Assembly (NCBI GenBank): GCA_951406725.2
Contig: OX597838.1
Span: 36,828,001 to 36,892,000 of the forward strand
DNA from: Octopus vulgaris
Taxonomy: Eukaryota
Direction of reading: 5' to 3'
DNA length: 64,000 nt
This document shows positions 56,305-64,000 of this stretch, in pieces (position 1 is the first letter of the stretch; each line of letters starts with the position of its first letter). The position numbers and the translations under genes are program-made. The notes beneath the pieces are model-generated. The model had not been told where the DNA came from, made no database searches, and saw only the letters and a program-made list of their open reading frames with translations.

Positions 56305-57053
56305 CCTATAAAGATAACAGATTAGAATGTTGGAAAAGAAAAATTCCTAACATCAGGCTACAACAAGCAATCTTAGATGCCAAGAACCCTCCTAAGTATC
56401 CTAGCTGACCCTAATAACACTGTTTTCTGGAGTTTTATGCCTATTTCCTCTATCCATCAGTTCAAATCTTTAGGGATAGTTCTCAATGCACCTATAACTA
56501 CTGGGATACATTTTACTCACACTTTCCATAGTCTCTGAAATTCCATGGCCAGCTTCTGGTACTTTGCTATTTTTTCTTTACCACTCATATTGATATTTTC
56601 ATCATTTGGGACTGTAAAGTCAATTATCTGACACTTTCCATTCCCTTTATCTACTACTACCAAATCAGGGCTTCTAGCATCTATTATTCTGTCACTTTGA
56701 ATTTTGAAGTCCCACATCTTGTATTTCTTACTTTTTAGTTCTTTACTGTGTTCATGTTCACACCATTTATCAGTATGTTCAAATCCTAGCTTTCTACACT
56801 GCTCCCAGTGGATTACTCTCCCTAGGTTGTCATGTGTTTTCTTGTATTCTTTCTGTACCAGCATGCTACATACACTTACTATATGATTAACACATTTCTT
56901 TTCTGATTTGCATAACTTACATTGGGAATCTTCTTGGATTTTGTCTATCCAGGCTTTTATCCAATTGGTCCCTAATGCTTGTTCTTGTGCTGCTACTGAC
57001 ATCCTTTCTGTTCTGCAACCATAACCATATCTCACTACTACTATTTGCTGCAA
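56305..57053 (-). mobile_element. R4/Dong-clade LINE fragment: CCHC knuckle plus RLE
   Basis: AAQEQAL..CKLC..HIVSVC..HD..WDFKIQSD..PDLVVVDK..IIDFTVP..EKIAKY. Confidence 0.88.
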
Positions 57054-57231
57054 CTATCATCATCATCATCATCATCATCATCACCATCACCACCTTCTTC
57101 TTCTTCTTCTTCTTCTTCTTCTTCTTTTCATCATCATCATATAAGAACTAGTTTCACACTGAGGGGGTGGTCAATGTATTCGACTTAACAACCTCCCCAA
57201 ATTTCAGGCTATATTGCCTTTAACAGAAAGG

Positions 57232-57276
<45 letters not shown>

Positions 57277-57929
57277 GAGTGAGTAAGGGAGCTGTGCAAG
57301 CCATCAAAATGATGCTGGGGTACAAATATGAAGCCTAATATACCCATGGGATAAGGGTACACCAGACGCATGCATCCCAACCTAGTGACTTCATGTAAGG
57401 ATAAACAGTGCATGACATCATAGGTAGGGCCCAGTTAAAATTTCCTTCACGACAAATTGCTCCTCCCACTCAAAAGATCCCTGAATAAGGGTTTTCTTTA
57501 AGGATGATGAATGTGAGGGATATGTTTCCAGGGGTGCACTATTCAAACCTCTTTGAAACCCTCTCAAAACATGTGTATCAATTATCTTTTTCTTGTGTCA
57601 GTCATTAGACTGTGGCCATGCTGGGGCACTGTCCTGAAGAATGTTTCAGTGGAATAAGTCAACCCCAGTGCTTGTTTCTTTTGTTAAGCCTGGTACTTAT
57701 TCTATCAGTTTCTTTTGCTAAACTGCTAAGTTATGAGGACGTAAACACACCAACACTGGTCATCAAGCAGTGGAGTAGGGACAAACACAGACATACACAC
57801 AACACACACACACATTACACACACATACACGCACACACACACACACACACACACAAATACACACACAGTGGGTTTCTTTCAGCTTCTGTCTTCAAAATAT
57901 CCCCAGAAGTCATGTATATATAATAAATA

Positions 57930-57979
<50 letters not shown>

Positions 57980-58131
57980 TATGTATATATATGTATACAT
58001 ATGTGTATGTATATGTATACATATGTGTATGTATATGTATACATATATGAATGTATATATATACATATATGTATGTATATATATATATATATATATATAT
58101 ACAAGTATATATATATTTATATATGTATATA

Positions 58132-58166
<35 letters not shown>

Positions 58167-58168
<2 letters not shown>

Positions 58169-58412
58169 GCTCTATCTGCGACGATTTCATCTCAATCGAA
58201 GGAGAGGGGCTTTCTCCATCCGGGTTGTGGCTCTGTAGAATAAGCTGCCGGACGAGATGGTGAAGATGCCGACAACCGCTCGGTTCAAAGTTTCCCTTGA
58301 CCACAAGTGGCCTGAACTCTTTACATGAACACCACCCTGTACATAACTCCATGTCCCCCTACATGGCCTTGCTTTTTGCTTTTTGAGCCAAAAATTAATT
58401 AACTATTAACTA
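58167..58412 (+). mobile_element. CR1 LINE 3' end in (TA)n
   Basis: [37 protein letters not shown] (CR1 ORF2 C-terminus), short UTR, (TTAACTA)n tail. Confidence 0.8.
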
Positions 58413-59049
58413 TATATACACACATACACACACACATATAAATATCTATATATCTTTCATATGGTCTCCTTTAACTACATTTGGACCCAATTTATATCCA
58501 AGCGAAAATAAGTGAGTTTAACACATATCTTTGACATCTTGATTATTTTCACGTAATTCTATAGACGAAATGTTTGTTATCATTTGCTTTAATGAATTGA
58601 CTGAAGGTGCTTCTCAGATGATTTGACTTGATAAAAGGCAGTAGCTTCGGTGAAGGAGAAACAAAAGCACATGTACCCAGGGTACTATGCAGCAGAAGTG
58701 AACCCACGATCTCACGATGGTAATCATCATCATAATCATGATCACCACCACCACCACCATCACCACCGCTGCTGCCACTATCACCACAACCACCACCACC
58801 TCCACCAACACCACCACCACCACCACTGTTTTCCATGCTGGTATTGGTCGGGTGGTTTGTCAAGACTCTGTGTGCTAGAAAATTCTGCAGGGCTCTGATG
58901 TCTTCCTTGGCATGGTTTCTACAACTGGACGCCTTTCCCTAATGAGAATCGTTCCGCAAATTCCTTCTAACACACACAAGCATGGAAAAGTGGGATGTTA
59001 TATGATGAAAATGATGATGACGATAATGATGAAAATGATGATGATGACT

Positions 59050-59450
59050 CTCTCTTTACTCTCTTTTACTTGTTTCAGTCATTTGACTGCGGCCATGCTG
59101 GAGCACCGCCTTTAATCGAGCAAATCGACCCCGGGACTTATTCTTTTGTAAGCCCAGTACTTATTCTATCGGTCTCTTTTGCCAAACCGCTAAGTAACGG
59201 GGACATAAACACACCAGCATCAGTTGTCAAGCAATGCTAGGGGTACAAACACAGACACACAAACACACACATATATACATATATACGACGGCCTTTTTTC
59301 AGTTTCCGTCTACCAAATCCACTCACAAGGCATTGATCAGCCCGAGGCTATAGCAGAAGACACTTGCCCAAGATGCCACGCAGTGGGACTGAACCTGGAT
59401 CCATGTGGTTGGTTAGCAAGCTACTTACCACACAGCCACTCCTGCACCTG
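59050..59450 (-). mobile_element. SINE family A, full length
   Basis: Family A reverse-complement match. Confidence 0.9.
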
Positions 59451-60089
59451 TTTCTAAATATGCATATAAATATAGACTGGTGGCTGTGTGTTAATGTGAG
59501 TCAAAAGATTAGTGTTGTTGGTGGTGGTCGTGGTAGTGTTGGTGGTGGTGGTGGTGATGCTTGAGAGAGTTGAGTGATGCTGGCTTACAAGCTATTAGAA
59601 GCACCTGCTAAGACATTACAAATGCTGATCAAAGTCATTAAGACAAATACACGAAACAATAGCGACGTGCAGCCTCTTTGTCGAACAAGACGTCGGTGTG
59701 CATATTTTTGCATGCATTGATTGAACTATAATGACTATGGTGATGATGATGATGATGATAATGATGATGAACATATGTGCATCTGAAGTTGTAATGGGAA
59801 GAAACTAGATATGTACATATGCTAATCGGCATAATTACCATTAAGACAAACTGTGATGATGATGATGATGATGATGATAAGAATATATTGCATGTGTTGG
59901 TGTGTGTGTGTGTGTGTGTAAAGTAAGGTCAGGCATAGTTGCATGGTAGGAAGCTTGCTTTCAAGCACATGGTTGTCGGTTCAGTCCCACTGTGTGGGTA
60001 CATTGGAAAAATGCTATCTGCTATGACTCCAGACTAAACCAAGGTCTTGTGACTGGATTTGAAGTGATGGAAACTGAAAGAAGCCTATA

Positions 60090-60126
<37 letters not shown>

Positions 60127-60265
60127 TGTCCCTCACCAACACTTGCCCCAGGCTTAAGAATATAAATACTTCAGTTGATCCTTTAAACTAAAATCCCTTC
60201 ACAGCAATGCCCCAACATGACTGCAGTCTAACAATATATACATACATACATACATACATACATAC

Positions 60266-60314
<49 letters not shown>

Positions 60315-60319
60315 TGTGT

Positions 60320-60597
60320 GGAGGCGCAATGGCCCTGTGGTTAGGGTAGCGAACTCGCAGCTGTAAGATCGCGGTTTTGATTCCCAGACCAGGCGTTGTG
60401 AGTGTTTATTGAGCGAAAACACGTAAAGCCCCACGAGGCTCCGGCAGGGGGTGGTGATCTGTCACCACTCTTTCTCTCACTCTTTCTTCTGGTGGCATCA
60501 GGGTGGCATCATTCGAAGGCTAAAACAATGCGAACGCATCGTGACCAGCGATGTGTAGCAACATCTGCTGGTCTGGTCGATCACGTGATCACGTGAT
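60320..60597 (+). mobile_element. SINE family C with (ATCACGTG)n tail
   Basis: tRNA-like head GGAGGCGCAATGGCCCTGTGGTTAG..GGTTTTGATTCCC; tail GATCACGTGATCACGTGAT. Confidence 0.78.
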
Positions 60598-60919
60598 ATA
60601 TGTATGTATGTGTGTATGTGAATATATATGTATATATTTATATGAATATATATATATGTATGTATTTATATATATATACGTATGTATGTATTTATATATA
60701 TATATATGACAGGATTCTTTCAATTTCCATTTACCAAATCCACTAACGTGGCTTTGGTCGGCCTGAGACTTATAATACAAGAGACTTGGCCAAGGTGCCA
60801 CACAGTGGGTCTGAACTTGGAACCATGTGGCTGAGAAGCAATCGTCTTACAATGCAGCCCATATATATTTATGAGTATATGTGGGCTGTAATATGTATAT
60901 AATGTATATGTATATATAT

Positions 60920-61322
60920 TCTCTCTTTTTACTCTTTTACTTGTTTCAGTCATTTGACTGTGGCCATGCTGGAGCACCACCTTTAGTCGAACAAATCGAC
61001 CCCAGCACTTATTCTTTGTAAGCTCAGTACTTATTCTATCGGTCTATTTTGCCGAACCACTAAGTGACGGCGATGTAAACACACCAGCAATGCTAGGGGA
61101 ACAAACACAGACACACACAAACATACACGCACACATATATATATATATACATATATACGACGGGCTTCTTTCAGTTTCCATCTACCAAATCCACTCACAA
61201 GTCTTTGGTTGGCCCGAGGCTATAGTAGAAGACACTTGCCCAAGATGCCACGCAGTGGGACTGAACCCGGAACCATGTGGTTGGTAAGCAAGCTACTTAC
61301 CACATAGCCACTCCTGTGCCTA
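60920..61322 (-). mobile_element. SINE family A, full length
   Basis: Family A reverse-complement match. Confidence 0.9.
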
Positions 61323-61354
61323 TGTATATATATATATATATATATGTGTATATA

Positions 61355-64000
61355 TCATCATCATCATCATCATCATTTAGCGTCCGTTTTCCATGCTAGC
61401 ATGGGTTGGACGGTTCTGCTGGGGTCTGTGAAGCCAGAAGGCTTCATCAGGCCCAGTCAAATCTGGCAGTGTTTCTACGGCTGGATGCCCTTCCTAACGC
61501 CAACCACTCCGTGAGTGTAGTGGGTGCTTTTTACGTGCCACCCGCACTGGTGCCAGCCAGAGCTGGCAAACGGCCACGAACGGATGGTGTTTTTTATGTG
61601 CCACCGGCACGAGGGCCAGGCGAGGCTGGCAACGAACACGAAACGGGGCGGTGCTGGCAACGGTCGCGAAACGGAAGGTTCTCTTACATGCCACCGGCAC
61701 TGGTAACACATCTGCAATTTCCATTGATCGATTTCCATTGATCGATTTCGATTCTGATCCTCACTTGCCTCAATGGGTCTTCACAAGCAGAGTTTCGACA
61801 TGCCACCGGCACTGGTAGCACATCCGCAATTTCCATTGATCGATTTCGATTCTGATCCTCACTTGCCTCAACACGTCTTCACAAGTAGAGTTTTGTGTCC
61901 CAAGAAGGGAAGGTATGCATACGTAGGCTGGCTCCATCCCATGTAGAAGGCCACGGGTTGTGGACTCACTTGTCCTGCCGGGTCTTCTCGCGCACAGCAC
62001 ACTTCCAGAGGTCTCGGTCTCTAGTCATTTCCTCGGTGAGACCTAAAGTTCGAAGGTCGTGCTTCACCACCTCGTCCCAGGTTTTCCTGGGTCTGCCTCT
62101 TCCACAGGTTCCCTCAACCGCTAGGGTGTGGCACTTTTCACACAACTATCTTCATCCATTCTCGCCACATGACCATACCAGCGCAAACGTCTCTCTTGCA
62201 CACCACAACTGATGCTTCTTAGGTCCAGCTTTTCTCTCAAGGTACTTACACTCTGCCGAGTGTGAGTACTGGCATTACACATCCATCGGAGCATACTGGC
62301 TTCATTTCTAGCGAGCTTACGCATATCCTCAGCAGTCACGGCCCATGTTTCACTGCCATGTAGCATGGCTGTTCGTACACACGCATCATACAGTCTGCCT
62401 TTCACTCTGTGCGAGAGGCCTTTTGTCACCAGCAGAGGTAAGAGCTCTCTGAACTTTGCCCAAGCTATTCTTACTCTAGCAGTTACACTTTCAGCACACC
62501 CGCCCCCGCTGCTGACTTGGTCACCTAGGTAACGGAAACTATCAACTATTTCTAGTTTTTCTCCCTGGAAAGTGACAGAAGTTGGTCTCAGAGCATTTTC
62601 AGTGTTTATTGTTCCTGAGCATCTGCCACATACAAAAACCATCTTCCTAGTTAGCCTTCCTTTGACATTGCTGCATCTCTTATGTGTCCATAGCTTACAC
62701 TTGGTGCATCTTATAGAGTTTCTACCTACACCTTTTCTACAGATCGAGCAGGGCCATCTACCTGAAGGTGTTTGTGATTTGTCTACCTTCCTACTGATTA
62801 CGACTTTGGTTTTAGCTAGATTGACTCTGAGGCCCTTCGATTCTAATCCTTGTTTCCACACCTGAAACTTCTCCTCCAGTTCTGATAGCGACTCAGCAAT
62901 TAGAGCAAGGTCATCAGCATAGAGGAGCTCCCAAGGGCATCCTGTCTTGAATTCCTCCGTTATTGCCTGGAGGACTATGATAAATAGGAGGGGGCTGATT
63001 ACTGAGCCTTGGTGGACCCCTACCTCTACCCGGAATTCTTCACTGTACTCATTTCCAACCCTCACCCTACTAGCGGCGTCCCTATACATGGCCCGCACAG
63101 CTCTCACTAACCATTCATCTATCCCTAGTTTTCTCATTGCCCACCAGATAAGGGATCGGGGGACCCTGTCGAAGGCTTTCTCCATGTCAACAAAAGCCAG
63201 GTACAGGGGCTTATCTTTGGCTAGGTATTTCTCCTGCAGCTGCCTTACCAGGAATATAGCATCAGTAGTACTTTTCCCTGGCACAAACCCAAACTGCATC
63301 TCATCTAAACTAACTCTCTCTCTAATTAGTTGGGCTATGACCCTCTCCGTAACCTTCATCACCTGGTCCAACAGCTTGATACCTCTGTAGTTGTTTGTAT
63401 CTAGGGCATCACCTTTACCTTTGTAGCAGTTGACTATTATACTGCTACACCAGTCATTGGGTATGACCCCTTTGTGTATCACCTGATTAACTATATGGGT
63501 GACTAGGCTATAGCCGACACTACCAGACATTTTGAGCATCTCTGCAGTGATTCCTGATGGGCCTGGGGCTTTCCCTGTCTTCATGCTTCTAATTGCCTTA
63601 GCTACCACAGAACTATCAACTCGGATAGCTGGTCCCTCTGTTGGGTCAACATTCGGCAGACTCTCTTTATCCCATTCATTTTCTTCATTCAGCAACCTTT
63701 CATAGTGGCATCTCCAAACCTCTCTCTTTGCATCCTCATTTAGCGCAAGTGAACCATCTTCCATGCGAACACACTTCTCTCCTACCACATCACGATTCTC
63801 TCTCACACACTGTCTTGCAACACGAAACACCTCCAGTCTTTGGTCCTCACGGCGCAGAACATTGGCAAATTTTTTCTTATCTGCTTCCCCTCTGGCTAAA
63901 TAAACCTGTCTCCTAGCTTCTCTTTTGGCAGTCTGATACAATTCCCTGCTACCCCCATTTTTCCAGACCTTCCAAGCCTGTCTCTTTTCTCTAATAGCCC
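61355..64000 (-). mobile_element. Young RTE-clade LINE (continues beyond the window)
   Basis: Long RT ORF, ~600-bp 3' UTR with tandem repeats, (GAT)n tail at 61355-61376. Confidence 0.95.
61966..64000 (-). CDS. RTE LINE reverse transcriptase ORF (partial; open to the window edge; one frameshift near the C-terminus)
   Basis: KAPGPSG, NYRGIKLL, QFGF, AFVDMEKAFDRVPR, GVHQGS, LLYADDL (YADD at 62910-62921), FRYLG; after a 1-bp shift at 62135-62138 the frame continues GRGRPRKTW..DRDLW to TGA at 61966. Confidence 0.93.

Noticed and set aside
62905-62921. CTGATGA on the minus strand
   Set aside because: It is simply the YADD codons of the reverse transcriptase
62572-63916. Plus-strand ORFs of 91-147 aa
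   Set aside because: Antisense shadows of the RTE reverse transcriptase ORF

Overview
AT-rich, repeat-saturated eukaryotic DNA. The SINE families and very dense (TA)n/(CA)n/(TAA)n/(GAT)n microsatellites resemble octopus (coleoid cephalopod) genomic sequence; the organism is inferred, not verified. I can support no host protein-coding exon, and nearly all of the ORF track is translated microsatellite. Retroelements: a young, nearly intact RTE-clade LINE running off the right edge (RT with an inserted PHD-like finger), many truncated RTE 3' ends, R4/Dong (RLE) fragments, CR1-type 3' ends, a Penelope-like ORF remnant and dozens of tRNA-derived SINE copies. DNA transposons: Tc1/mariner remnants (D37D and D36E spacing), a non-autonomous Helitron and a Helentron/DINE-like element. 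There are also several minisatellites. Notable signals: (1) about eight hammerhead-ribozyme motifs of several architectures, mostly in short inserts in or beside (TA)n tracts, one apparently intact (14364-14439, minus); (2) two plus-strand 3'SS|5'SS juxtapositions about 33.6 kb apart (21533|21534 and 55123|55124) that look like recursive-splicing ratchet points of a giant intron; (3) a SINE that joins GGTAT target sites, including its own internal one, forming 184-bp concatemers; (4) a ~545-bp non-coding element that targets (TAA)n.
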